From: Azolla caroliniana
Lineage: Eukaryota; Plantae; Polypodiophyta
Direction: 5' to 3'
Assembly (NCBI GenBank): GCA_043228905.1
Contig: JBHGNT010000015.1
Location: forward strand, 14,570,001-14,634,000
DNA: 64,000 bases
The position numbers were made by a program, and so were the translations under genes. Below are positions 10,522 through 23,379 of this stretch, piece by piece (position 1 is the stretch's first letter; the number at the start of each line of letters is the position of its first letter). The notes beneath the pieces were generated by a model. That model did not search any database. It was not told the DNA's origin and saw only the letters and a list, made by a program, of their open reading frames with translations.

Positions 10522-13500
10522 GAGAGAGAGAGAGAGATTGTTGTCAACATAACAGTTCTGAAACCCAAGAGAGAGAAATAAGCTATCAATTTTGTCATGC
10601 CAAGCTTTGGGAGCTTGCTTTAAGCCATACAAGGCTTTGTGTAACCTGTAGACCATGTTTTTCTGCTCTAAAATCTCGAAACCTGGAGGCTGTTCAACAT
10701 AAACCTCCTCTTTCAAGTCACCGTTAAGGAAGGCTGACTTGACATCCATTTGAAAAATGGCCCATTTGTTGTGAGCAGCAAGTGCAAGCGCACATCGAAT
10801 AGATGTGTACCTTGATGTTGGAGCAAAAGTTTCCTCATAATCCACTCCTTCAACTTGTGAGTAGTCTTCTGCCACTAAACGTGCCTTGTGCTTATCCAAA
10901 GTACCATCAGCATGGTATTTGGTCTTGAAAATCCATTTCAATCCAATGACTTGTCGATGTGGAGGCCGTGGGACCAGCTCCCATGTATGATTCCGCTCAA
11001 TGGAATCAAGTTCAACTTCCATTGCTGCTTTCCACTTTGGAAGAACAAGGGCCTCTTTTGCTGTTGTGGGTTCTTTTGATTGCACAACAGTGCACAATAA
11101 GGCAAAGTTGCATGAGTGAAGAGGCCGTTGTGACTTACGTGTTCGAGAACCAGATGTATACTCATGAAGTTCAGCATCGGAGAGATGAGAATCACGAATG
11201 GTGGCTTGAAGCCACTTGGGAAGTGGTGGAAGTTGGTTTGTAGAGGGAGTGGAAACAAGTGGAGTTGAGGGAGAGGTTTGAATTGTTGGCGAAGTTAGAG
11301 ATTGAGTAGGAGGAGATGGGGGGCTTGAAGATGAGACATTTTCGTCTAAAATAGGAGATTCCGGAGGAGCTTGGATTTCAACCATGAACTCAGGTGAAAT
11401 CCTAGAGTCATCCGGCTGAGACTCCACAAAATGAACATCCCTAGATATGACTAGGGACTTTGACTCTAAATCCCATAACCTGTATGCTTTAGATTGTGTG
11501 CTGTAACCAAGAAATTTGCATTTCTTGGTTTTGGACTCAAATTTCGTCCTTTTATGATCTGAAATGTGAACATAAGCATCACAACCAAAGACTTTAAAAT
11601 GAGATACTGAGGGCTTTACACCTGTAAATGCTTCTTCAGGCGTCATTCTAGCAACTGCTTTTGTTGGGCAGCAGTTGATGATGTAGACTGCTGTGTTGAC
11701 AGCTTCACCCCAAAACGAGAGAGGAAGATCAGATTGAGATAGCATCGTACGAGCCATCTCTTGGACTGTCCGGTTCTTCCTTTCCACGACTCTATTTTGT
11801 TGAGGAGTATTGGGTGTAGAAAATTGGCGAGCAATGCCTCGTTGAGAGCAGAAATGGTGGAAAGCTTTGGAGATAAACTCTCCACCATTGTCCGACCTGA
11901 TCTTTCGAACTTTCTTCGATGTCTCGTTCTCCACGAGAGCTACCCATTCTTGAAATTTTGCGAAGGCTTGGGATTTTTCTACAAGAAAATAAACCCAAAC
12001 CTTGCGGGAGAAGTCATCAATTATAAGCATGAAGTAGCGTACACCACCAAGAGTAGTGGTTTTCATGGGACCACAAAGATCCATGTGCACTAACTCCAAG
12101 ATAGATGTTGCTCGGTGAGTGGCTTCATGAGGGAAAGGCTCTCGATGTTGCTTGCCATGAAGACAAGCAACACATGGGGTATTGGGAGATTTGAAAATAG
12201 GAAGACCCTCAACTAGTTGGGAGGAGGAGAGCTTTTGAAGAGAATCATAGTTGAGATGACCAAACCTAGCATGCCACAACGTGGGATCTTCTTGTGCCAC
12301 CAAGGCATGAGAGCCTTGAAGAAGATGAAGAAGATGAGATTTGGAGTTTTCCAAGGGGCTATGGGAGCTTTTTAGGCGATATAAACCCCCTTCTTGTGTG
12401 CCACTAGCTACAATTTGTAGGCTGTTGGTGTCAATCACTTCCAAAACTGAGCTATCAAAGTAGACTCCATAACCTTGCTTGGTGATTTTGTAAACCGAAA
12501 GTAGGTTGGTAGAGATGCGAGGCACATGTAGCACATCTTGAAGAACGACAGGTTCTTCACTTGAAGAATTGTCAAGAACCACATTACCCACACATGAAGC
12601 CTCAATGCTTGAGGCATCTCCTATAGAGATTTGGGAAGAGCTAGGCTTCACATCATGCAAAATGGATTTGTCATAGGTCATGTGTGAAGTGGCACCACTA
12701 TCTACTAACCACTCATCGATGGTTGAAGTAGTTGGTCCAGCCAAATGTGAAGTATGTTCCTCAATGCCAAGGAAAACTGTTTCTTTGGCTGAGTGGGCCG
12801 AGTTGGATTTCGGTGTAGGTTGATTTCTGGTAGAGGAAGAGTTCTTAGCATTGTCCCTTTTCTTTTTCCGACAATCTGGCTGAATGTGACCTTTGTAGCC
12901 ACAATAATGACAAGTGAGCTCCTTGTAAGCTGGGTTGTTTGGCGGTCTTGGATTGGGTTTGTTGTAGGAGTTACCATTTTGCTTCCACTTGCCTTTACTT
13001 GTCGCATGTAGAAGCGTCTCATTGGAAGTTTGACCACTTTTCTTCCTTGTTGCCCTATCTTGTAGCATACCAAGAAATGTATTCATGTCAGGTGTGTTGG
13101 GAAGAAGAGAAATGGTGTCACAAAAGGCTGAGAATGACTCAGGCAACTTTATCATTAGACGATGCACAAACTCAACTTCAGTGGACTTGCTTCCCAAAGA
13201 AACTAGTTCCTTTTGGAGAGTGACAAATTCCGTTATTTGATCCATGATGTTGGGAGTGTCATGAATCTTGAGATTTGCTAGTTGGCTTTCAATAGCTATC
13301 ATTTGAGCATGATTAGCTCGATGATACCTCCTTTTGATGGCTGTCCATAGTTCATTGGCTGTCTCGTCATCTTTATCTTGAAATTGACGAGCGATGCTCG
13401 GTTTAATATTAAACATGAGGAAAGCATGAGCACGAGAATCCTTATCTAGCCAAGCTTCAATCTCAGCGTTAGATGAGCCAGCAACTGATTTGGTTGAAGA

Positions 13501-14345
13501 GGATGAAGTTACTGGTGGTTTCTTGTCACTACCATTGACTACATTCCATAAACGATGGTATTGTAGCAAGGTCTTTATTTGTAGCTCCCAATCCAAGTAA
13601 TTGTTCCCATCCAAGATGGATTCTTTGGGGAGTTGGGGAATGGTTGATGAAACAATGGTGGCATGTGAGGCCATGGATATCCTCCTCTTGAGCTACAGCT
13701 GGACAATTTACAGCAGTTGTAAGTAGATACTCAGGGTCTTTCTACTTCTCCCTAGATGCTAGGTGAGGCTCAGATAAGGGGAAAAGAAAACAGAAGAGCC
13801 TCCTCTGTAGGGTTGGGAGGGAGGGATAAAAGAAGTCTTTGGCAAAAAAAATCAGGCTGAGGATATGGAGACCTCACTGCTCTGATACCATGTGAGAAAA
13901 GCTGTTAATAGTAGCAGCGGAAGACTTAAAACAAAATAGGCACAGCCAAGCTGTGAGAAGGCTGTTAGACAGCAGTAGAAAAAATGGTTGCAAAGAGTAG
14001 AGACACAGCCAAGGAATAGAGCTTGTTTTAAGTAGCAAAAAAGAAAATGAAAACTTTACAAAAGAGGCTGGTATAGCCTATTTATACAAAATTGGGGAAT
14101 GTGGGTGAAATGGCTGTTTGGTAGTTAAGTGACTCTTGTACTACCAAACAGGTACAAAAAACTAGGAATATCTTGGAAAAGGTAGAAGAGAGAAAAGGCA
14201 TTTAAAGCATTGCAGATTCTAGAGAGAGAAGGCATTTATAGAGTTGCAGATTCTAGAGAGAGAAGAATCTGAGAAAAGAGAGAATGTAGTACAGAGATAA
14301 TAAATATGAAAGAGAGTGCAGGTCTGGAGCTGCCACCCTCCAACA
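9949..14345 (-). mobile_element. Young nested Ty1/Copia with 455-bp LTRs, internally deleted
   Basis: LTRs 9949-10403 and 13891-14345 (TG..CA, 2 differences seen), tRNA-iMet PBS at 13879-13890, PPT at 10404-10413. Confidence 0.97.
10429..13674 (-). CDS. Copia gag-pol polyprotein lacking the C-half of RT and nearly all of RNase H (1081 aa)
   Basis: CHYCGYKGHIQPDC knuckle, LVDSGA protease, LWHARFGH, integrase D-D-E, RT up to YGLKQAP. No YVDD. A microsatellite is followed by the RNase H tail PLPRHAINQLLGRLNV. Confidence 0.9.
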
Positions 14346-16199
14346 ACAAATTGGCAACAACAAAATTGTCTCGTAAGGCCTTTCCTTGCAAGCAATACAG
14401 AATGCGTTTCTTTGTTTCCTTCGCAACAAGTCTAGAATCTTTCATCATTTACCATGATCCATCAAGTGATGCTCTATCCATGTGCATGCATTTGACCAAC
14501 AAACAACAAACTCTTTTTCATGCAGGAACAAATCTCATATTATATGATACAAGTTCTTGGCCATCACTGAGAGCCAAATGCACATTGCTTATACCAACAA
14601 TTCGGAAAACTTGATTAGCGCCCAAATAGACTTTACCATAATCTCCTACTTTAGAAGTAGCAAAACACTACTTAATAGGAATTGCATGGAATGAAACCCC
14701 TAGATCTACAATCAAAGTCTGATTCAATGTAAAAATAAGTAATGCATATCAATAATGCCATATTTAGTGATTTACATAACTTGCGCATGGACTGTGGTAG
14801 CATCATTTGAAGAAAATGTAGCACATAAAATTTAGTTTGCAATAGCTTGTCAATGAAAACATTAGAGACCAGATTTCCTTCTCTTTGATCTTATAGCTAT
14901 TTGTATCATCAAAATTTGCATGTCTTCTAGTCATTGGCATTTCCTTTTTTAAAGTACTTGTGATCAGGCTTCTTGTGCTTTTTCTGAGATTGTGGGAAAA
15001 AGACAACCTGATCGTAGCATGTAGGAAAAAGGCAAGTCTGCATTAAATTCTGTTGTTTCTTCCATGATCGACATTAGTTGAGGCACTATTCTCACCACTA
15101 TCCTTCCTTATTTCTTCATGCAAGCTATTAGTTTGGAGTTATTAGAAATCAGACTATTAACGTCTCCCAACTGTCAAGAAGAGTCATTAGAAAGAAAGAA
15201 TATGGCCTTCTCCCTATCATCAAAGACCTCCATACATGAATCATGCAATTGATTCAATATGCTAGTGAAAGTGGGTAGTTGCTCATTTGTACTCTTTGAC
15301 TCATCCAATTGTATAGACACTAGATTTCCCATAAAATGCACTTGATTTATAGTACATAGTGTTTTCATTGTTACTCTTAGCTTTTCCCAAACTTCAGAAG
15401 TAGTGTTGTAGTCCATGAGATTCAGATGGATTTCATGTTTCACAGCACTTTGAATATATATAGTGGCTTTCTTATTAAAGTTAGACCATGTCAGGTCAGT
15501 CAAAGTGGTTGGATTCTCACTTTCCACAGCATGATCATGTTCCTTAAGAAATAGGATGTTACACATCCTACTCTTCCACAAATCAATACTCGTGCCATCA
15601 AATCTTTTGATCTCATACATTGATTTAAGATCACTTGTAGTGTTGACTATTTCAAACCAAAAATCAAATGGAAATGAAGTCTAAATTGTGGAACAATTTT
15701 GGATTGAATCTGAATATACTGCTATAACAAAGTTTTCCTATAGATATTTATGGAATTCCTCCTGTTTTGGACTTGCTCTCATGACGAAGCTTCTCCAAGA
15801 ATCTTGATGTGCTTGGAGAACTGAATCAGCAGCAACACTCTTTTGTTTCCACACTTTCTTTTGTCACGAGATATAAACCTGCTCTAATACCATTCGATTG
15901 GAGGCCAAGAGGTTTGTTTTGGTATCAGCTGTGTGTAATGGTGAACTTAGAGAAAGAGTTACAAGAAAGAGAGAAAATGGTTGAAGTGCAGAGAAAACAC
16001 AAAAAGAGAGGAAGGAGATATAAATAGGTTTTTCGAGTCCCATAATAATCTATTTTAAGGGGCAAAAATATATTATCTCATTAGAATGTGATTTTAAAGT
16101 AATTAAACCAGTTTAAATTAGCCAAATAACCCAAATATGTCCTCAAGAGCTACAATGTAAAAAGGCCTTTATAAATTTACAATAGAGAGCTCTTGGATC

Positions 16200-16575
16200 T
16201 TCATACCCATTAGACAAGTATGTCCAAGAAAAACTCAAACTAAACAAAAGAAAGCAATGGACCATCACACTCTTCAACCTGTGTTTGCACTCAGTGATTG
16301 GGTATCCTTGTACTTTAAAAAGGAGAAGCTAATGATAATGAAAGGCACGGATGATTTGTTCAACACTTAGCATGTGTGGATATGGATATTTTCATATTAC
16401 AGAAAAAATAATTGATGTAGAACAGGAAGGTTGGAAGATATATCATGCATTCCATATTAGTCTTCTTCGGACTTTTGTGAGCAATGTATCAAACAATATG
16501 CCACTTGAGAAAAAACCCAAAGTCCAAGAATTAGATGAAATTCTTGTTCACGAGAACCCATTGTGCCCTATATGA
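16200..16575 (+). mobile_element. Gypsy (chromovirus-like) integrase C-terminal fragment
   Basis: YGYFHITEKI...WKIYHAFHISLLRTF...DEILV resembles GPF.I..KI / IH..FHVSLL.PY leading into a chromodomain. Confidence 0.55.
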
Positions 16576-18260
16576 ACTTAATAAAGGTAACTTCTGGGGC
16601 AGAGTTTAATGCTCACAAGGGGTCACCTATTTGGGTTTTTCCCAGAGAATCAATGCCATAGACCTTTGTATTGTTAGCTTTAGTTAAGAATATTTCATAA
16701 AAGTTCTTAATGCAAACATACATACCTTGTCTACATTGTCATCCAAAAGCTCAAACTAGGGATATGTCAAAGTTGACATGTGTTTCATGCAATGACACAA
16801 ATAATGCCGTTTACACATTCCCTCCCTTAAAACTCTTGAAATCAACCAGCTGACAACATTAAATAGATAGCATGAATCAGCAAAGCCCAATGGCTCCTAG
16901 ACTAGAGAAGCCAAAGTCAGCAAAGCCTTCAGAACAGGATGTGATTTGTAAAGCTAGTATTAGCTTCCAGTATATGTGGAGGTATGTGCAAACTTGTGTC
17001 TTATAAAGTCACTTTATGTTAGACCCAATCATAAAATCACTTAAAAGTTAAAGTGAGTGGGCTAAGATTTTATTTAGGACCATGAAAATTGGCAGCATGA
17101 GCAGGACTTGCCCTATTAAAAAGGAGCTCTTTTGATGTATAATTCAAATTCACCATACATCTAATGGACAGCCATTTTATGGTGTTGAGATCTGCAAGTG
17201 TTATAACTATATCGGTCGTGAGTCCAGATTCATGAAGCATTATTTCTTTGTTTATATAAGGTTTCTGAAGTGGTGAATTTTAGCTATATTTGTGGTTCGA
17301 TTGATGCTTTACTGCCCATTGGAAGTTCAAGTTACAAGTTTCAAGCAATTTAAAGCTCTTCTTATCCGTTGCCTCCAATTCTTACATAAGATCTAATCAA
17401 GCAAAGCTACTGAGATCAATCACAACCATCCCAAAAGAATGACATCAAAGAGCAAAGAACCAAACTCACTTGGCAACCTCAAATACTGGGATGAATATCG
17501 ACGTGACTTTACCAGAACCAAATTACAGAGACATGAGCATTATATAACCATGAAGGGGAAAAGTAATCTAAGACAATGCATTTGGATGCTATAGCTCCCC
17601 ACTCCCAATTGCTATTTATACTATTCCAATGTAGCACATGTTTCCCCCTTGATCATTCGTAGTCATGGGGGATGAAACAAGGACACATAAAGGCACACAA
17701 TATGGGGATTCCAAAAGCCAAAAATATTTTTAGGATGGTCATAAGTTACAGTCATCATGTACTTTCTGAGCTGTTTTGTGTTTCTGAGTCCTTTTAGCTT
17801 TCCCTTTTGGTAGCTATCTTAGTTATGTTGTTGCCTTTGGTCTTTTTTGGACTCCTTTATAATTATAAGTATAGTGATAACATGCATAGATTTTCCAGCA
17901 CATCAAACAGAAGCCTTGATGTGAATGTGGGTTCATATTATTTATTCAATTATAGCTAAATTGACTGTGTGATTCAAGAGAAGGATGAAGATTATACAAA
18001 CTCTCCTCTCTCATGGACATTGATTATTAAATTAGTATATACCAAGATTTCTATCAAAACCCAGAAGACAAAAGCAATGCCAATATTTTTCTACATTTAA
18101 AAAATACAGCTATAAACCCATGTTTCCAAATATCTTACTTGAACAAATGTTTGATAAAAAATAAGGAAAAGCACTCCTTCAAATACACATATTTTCACAC
18201 AATGTCTAAAATAAACTTACTTATTGGAATTGGAGCCTGATTTCTTCCCCATCATATTAA

Positions 18261-19796
18261 TCAAACAAGCCGATCAAAATGGAATCCAAAAGCAAAGCCA
18301 AACGGAGGAAATGTGAGCGGCTGTTTCACAAATCCAAAGATTGGAAACCTACTTGCATATTTTTCATAGAATGGCCAAGCCCACCAAGTCCATGCTCGCT
18401 TTCGTACATTGTAGATCAGCATCGGAGCTTTGAACGATGCTATAAAGAAGATCTGGTCACCCCTGCTGATGCAGTAGTAGTGACCAAATACTAGACACCC
18501 AAGGAATTCCCTTGCAATGTCCTGTGGCATTCTGTCCACCTCTCTCCAACTGTCAAGCCCAGTGACAGAAGAGTCAAGGAGTTCCCAAATCACAACCTCC
18601 TCTTTTTGGGAGTGCTTTCTCACTCTCCCCACCAACAACAAGCGCCCATTGCAGCTCAGGACCTCAGGAGTTCCAAAGTCGTCAGCCATCTCGTGAAACA
18701 AAGTTGGCGTCGATATAGATGCCGTCCATTCCTGCTCCTCCATGTCATAAACCTTGATCTTAAACCATTGATGTGTCTCTGCATAAACCAAGAATACCTT
18801 ACCTTCGATGACAGTGTTGGACTTGAATTTCCCTCTTGAAGATGGCTCCATGCTTGTCAAAGTCCACTTTGAGCTCCTCGAATCATATACCTCAGTGGTC
18901 ACAATAGTTTGTGAAGCCCCCAAACTTGATTTGGTGATAACAAGGACCTTGTAGAAGGTTCGAGCTTTGTCCACATACATAGACACGAGGTCAGGCATTC
19001 GGTTATCCTGGCTTCTGCAAGGCAACTCTCTCCAGTTTCGAGTCACGGGATTGCAAACTATAAAACCTACTGATTTCCAAGTCTTTCGGGGCTCTGGCCA
19101 AAGGCAAAGCAATCCTCCACTAGCCGAGACGACAGTGTAATTTATCAAAGGAACAGTGGGATGAGCTGGAATGAAGCTCAAAGTGATGGAGTACCACTTA
19201 TTATCCACAGTGTCATAGAGAGCTAGCCATGGTGTTTGAAGTTTTTGCTTTAAGGTAGAGTTGCATTGGAACATAAGAGCAGAAGATCTACCCACATAAG
19301 TCTCTTTGAAAGTTGCGAGGAAATTTGGTGAGGACATGATCGAATTCCACAGTTTTGAGACAGAGCAAAGCCGAATGATGTCAGGAACATGAAGAAAAGC
19401 CACAACTCTTTCAATGAGCTCATGGGGGAGGCCGTTCCATATGCATCCATCCATGATGAGATGGGCATGGCGTGGATGATGATGAGGGTGATCATGATCA
19501 TGATGACAATGATGTTGATCATTACCCGATAATAGGGGGAGCTCAACAGCATGGCGGGCAGCAGAGGTGTCATCATCAACAGAGGTCATGGCATGGTCTT
19601 GTGAGTCATGGATGCATATTGGGTGGTCTTTGAAGTGAATGAGAGGGAGGAAAGGATAGACATTATCTACCTGTTGAAGGGAGAGCTGTCCAACCAGAGG
19701 GAGTTCTTTGAAGCTCCCGGGGTAGGTCCATGAGGTGCTTCTGATGAGGGGAGGGGGTTCTCCACCCAAGTGTAAGTAAGTGGGCCATAAATCCAT
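18261..19796 (-). CDS. F-box protein with kelch-like/F-box-associated beta-propeller, intronless (511 aa)
   Basis: F-box IWNGLPHELIERVVAFLHVPDIIRLCSVSKLWNSI, SASGGLLC, VCNPVTRNWRELP, EVYDSRSSKW. The start context is GCCGCCATGG; the exact start is uncertain. Confidence 0.9.
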   Translation of the reverse strand: MDLWPTYLHLGGEPPPLIRSTSWTYPGSFKELPLVGQLSLQQVDNVYPFLPLIHFKDHPICIHDSQDHAMTSVDDDTSAARHAVELPLLSGNDQHHCHHDHDHPHHHPRHAHLIMDGCIWNGLPHELIERVVAFLHVPDIIRLCSVSKLWNSIMSSPNFLATFKETYVGRSSALMFQCNSTLKQKLQTPWLALYDTVDNKWYSITLSFIPAHPTVPLINYTVVSASGGLLCLWPEPRKTWKSVGFIVCNPVTRNWRELPCRSQDNRMPDLVSMYVDKARTFYKVLVITKSSLGASQTIVTTEVYDSRSSKWTLTSMEPSSRGKFKSNTVIEGKVFLVYAETHQWFKIKVYDMEEQEWTASISTPTLFHEMADDFGTPEVLSCNGRLLLVGRVRKHSQKEEVVIWELLDSSVTGLDSWREVDRMPQDIAREFLGCLVFGHYYCISRGDQIFFIASFKAPMLIYNVRKRAWTWWAWPFYEKYASRFPIFGFVKQPLTFPPFGFAFGFHFDRLV

Positions 19797-19806
19797 GGCG
19801 GCCCTG

Positions 19807-19860
19807 TTACTTCATCTTCATCTTCATCTTCGTCTTCGTCTTCATCTTCGTCTTCAACAT
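19807..19860 (-). promoter_or_regulatory. Putative uORF (MLKTKMKTKTKMKMKMK*) made from a GAAGAY hexamer repeat
   Basis: ATG at 19860, four further in-frame ATGs, and TAA ending 10 nt before the F-box ATG. Confidence 0.4.
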
Positions 19861-20131
19861 GGATACGTCTTCCTTTCTGTGTGCGATCTCTGTGCAGAGA
19901 AGGTAAAAAAACAAAACAAAACAAAAAGAAAGAATGGCTTTGATTTTTCTTTCTTTCTTTCTTTCTTTCTTTCTGGTTTGGTTTGTTCGATTGACCCTGC
20001 AAATCGCCCACCAAATTAGCGTGTGAACCTCCTCCAAATTTAGCCCAAGCCAAAACCATCATCTCACTAACTTTAACTTAACACAGAAGAAGGAAGCTAC
20101 TAGGAACTCAATCCCACCCTACGCACCAAGT

Positions 20132-20290
20132 CAATGCCTCGGCAACGGTTCGGTTCGGTTCGGTTTGAACCACTGAACCATGAAACCGTGACTTAACGGT
20201 TTAGACGGCTCGATTCGGGTTCAGATTTTTGTAAACGGCTCGGTTCGGTTTAGTTTAAGCCTTTTTTTCTTTTTAACGGCTTCCGGTTTA
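20132..20290. repeat. CGGTT-rich array resembling a DNA-transposon (hAT-type) subterminal region
   Basis: (CGGTT)4 plus scattered CGGTT/AACC(G) motifs. No partner TIR found. Confidence 0.4.
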
Positions 20291-20984
20291 AACACTTTGG
20301 CAGTTTATAGGTTGACACTTGATTATTTTCTTCGGTATTTTCTTGAGTGTTTTTTTTTTTTAAAGAACCTTTTCATTTTGAGCCTACTTTTTACCCATTT
20401 ACAAAAAATCTTTAAATTTTGAAATTTTGAAAGTTGAGCTATAACATGAAAACCAAAACCGAACCACAAAACCACATTTTTAATCCACTTTACGACATAT
20501 TTTCTTACCTCAACTCGAGAATCAAAAGTGAAGATGTTCTTCCACATATTCCAATTGAGCCATAGCCCCCCAATATCTCAAGGACTCTCTAACAATAATT
20601 TGGAAATGAGTCATCACTCCATTGTTCTCTATATGTGCAAAACCCCAATTGATTCATAACTCAGGGAACCCCCTCCGATTGGGGAATATATCTTACTATC
20701 ATAATCGGGTTCATACTTGCCAAACCTTATGGAGCAGTGCTTCAAATAGAACTCAACAACTACACCAATATCAAATATATACAAACCCTAGTCCAATAAG
20801 GATTTAGAAGAGCCATTTCTATCACCAACCACATCCTTACATCAAGTGGAACATGAAAAAACCCAAAATAAGTGATTGTATGGATGTTTTGTATATTCCA
20901 TTCACTCAAAAATACCTTTGGCATTATGTGGGCAACATATGCTCTATATGAGCATGTTTTGGGAAATTTTAGGTAATTACAAGC

Positions 20985-21338
20985 ACCATTGGCGTGAAGG
21001 AAGAAGGATGCAACTTATGTGAAGGAGAAATTGAAAGCAATTAACATTAGAGTGTAGGTGTTGGCATCCAGCTTACATGAACATCAAAGAGAAGTTTTCA
21101 ACCTTCTCCAAGGATTCCACAACCATTCGACAAATGATGGAGAAGGCTTACCTATTGCAGGTATCAAAGGTAGTTATAATAACCATTGGTGTGAAGCAAG
21201 GATGCAGTTGATGTGAAAGACAAATTGAAAGCAAGAAATTGTTCATGTAGGTGTAGGTGTCCAACTTACGAGCACGTCAAAGAGAAGTTTGCCGCCCTTG
21301 GGATTCCACAATTGTTTGACAAAGGATGGAGAAGGCTA
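20985..21338. repeat. Diverged tandem duplication, period ~197 bp
   Basis: ACCATTGG(C/T)GTGAAG...AAATTGAAAGCAA...TCAAAGAGAAGTTT...GGATTCCACAA...GATGGAGAAGGCT occurs twice. Confidence 0.8.
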
Positions 21339-23379
21339 ATCTAGGATATTTAGGCCATGATCTTTGTCAAGGCTCAAATGCATTAGGAATCAATCCTTAC
21401 ATTAGCATACATGTAGGATGCAATGACAATCGCACATCACTCATTTCCTCCATAGCTCCACATCATTACTTACAACATGTTGAAGAGTCACCATAGAGGG
21501 ACAAGGGGAATGTCAATGACAACAACGACAAATATAACAAGGAAATAAGACACATAGGTCATGCCAATAACATATTATGGAGATCATGATCTATGATCTT
21601 CACAGTGAGAACTTATTGCACTTTGTCGTAGCTTCTTTTCACCACATCAACTGACCTTGGATACATTATGTTGTCGCCATTATTCAACACATTTAGATCA
21701 ATTATGCACTTCATTCTTGTAAATCATCACCATAATCATTTAATCTAATGCATTAAGATCGTAATCGCGTGGATGTTTAGGAAACTTGGTAAATATGGAT
21801 AACATGAATTGTGTCATAAACACTAATATGATTTGTCAAATAGGTTGATTTTGGCCTCTGGCTCTAGTAGATGTTAATCTCTCTCTCTCTACGATTTATG
21901 AATATTGGCCTCTGGTTCCCTTGTCAATTCATGATTAAGAATAAGTCTTTTAGACAGTTTACATTAGATATTTGGTATCGTGGTGGAGACGTGCTCAACA
22001 TCCACACTACTCTTGTTTGAAACTTGGGAAACCCTTGGATGAGTGAAATGATTTCTTTGGGGGATTCGAAATGTCAACGTCATATTGCTTAAGAATCCTC
22101 GCATGCCGAATCTAGTCAGCCTCGAGGTTGATTTTGATCATTGCCCATGTCTTACCCTTGAAAGTCTTATATGTATATTGCCTATATGGGACAAAATTGG
22201 AATTGCACAAGCAAATGTATGATCAACACCCAACAAAAGCGTAAGCTACAACCCAACCAATGAAGGACTTAGGGAAGAAAGACTAAATGCCATTATCTTA
22301 ATAGAAGCTACAAACACTCCCATCGAGGACATTGTGTTGGGTAACCAAAAGACAAACTTATGAAAAATCGGCTCCACAAGTAGTATTACCTAATAAGAAT
22401 TGCAAAATTGCAAGAGTGGGGGAGATTTTGGGATGTATTAATAGAAGGGACAAATAAAAGTGAAGTAACATTGTGGTGTGTCATTAAAACATTAACAAAA
22501 GCACAAGGTTGGCACAAAGGAGTTACATAGTTTTGATTATCCACACCAAGCCGAGTACAAAGTGATCGATTGGCTTGTCAAGCTCTATGATGACAAAGTT
22601 TGTCACCTTTGAAGGTAACACAATACCATCCAGGAATATGGGTTGTTATCCTTTGAAGAAGCATTTGCCCTCACAATGCAACGACCACAATCACTACAAC
22701 TAGAATGACAATGCTTCACAAGGTTGGGATGATGATCTTGAAAATGATGAAGGCAATGACCCTTCACTGCCACTATTATGTCCACCTCCACCATGATTCC
22801 CACACCAACCAACCCCCACCAACCCATATACATTGCTCCCACCCATCAATCCCGCCGTCATGCCCCTTGCCCAACCATGATTCCACAACCCCCTTGATCT
22901 CTCATTACTCTCTGTCCCACCATCACCTGACAACCCTTCATGAACACCCCTTTTACCATTGCGCTACTCCACACACGCTCTCTACTTCCATCACCACCTT
23001 AGCTCATAGTTGTTAAAAAACGCTTATTGTACATTTTAGAACTATCGTTTAAAAAAAAATCATGTATTCTACGTATTTAACAAGTATTTATCATTTCAAA
23101 AATGTTTAAAAAAAGTTTTAATTGTAAATTATATTTTTGAAAGGAAAAACTTTAAATTTTAAGAAGTATTTAATGTATTTCACAAATATTCTACACGTAT
23201 TCTAAGTATTTAACATATTTTAAGTATTTTAAAAAAAAGTTAGGATAATTAGCATACGTATTGTATGCTAAGTATTCTACAACAATGCCAAGTCTGCTAA
23301 TCCACCACATACATCCCCAATCAAATCCCTTAGTGAGACTTATAAAATTCATTCAGTTGATGCCCCTCCACGTGTTTCA

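Larger units (their letters stand above)
8052..15892 (-). mobile_element. Old degenerate Copia (host), split by the 9949-14345 insertion
   Basis: PBS-like TGGTATTAGAGC at 15881-15892, gag remnant 15174-15620, protease/GAG-pre at 14346-14720 continuing (LELWH) at 9948, RT/RNase H remnants at 8052-9330. The integrase core appears deleted. Confidence 0.85.

Noticed and set aside
22603-23016. His/Pro-rich ORFs
   Set aside because: Low-complexity C/A-rich sequence with no domain or splice support.
23006-23287. Possible MITE (CATAGTTGT...ACAACAATG ends)
   Set aside because: The TIR is imperfect and the flanks (CCTTAGCT vs CCAAGTCT) do not form a convincing TSD.
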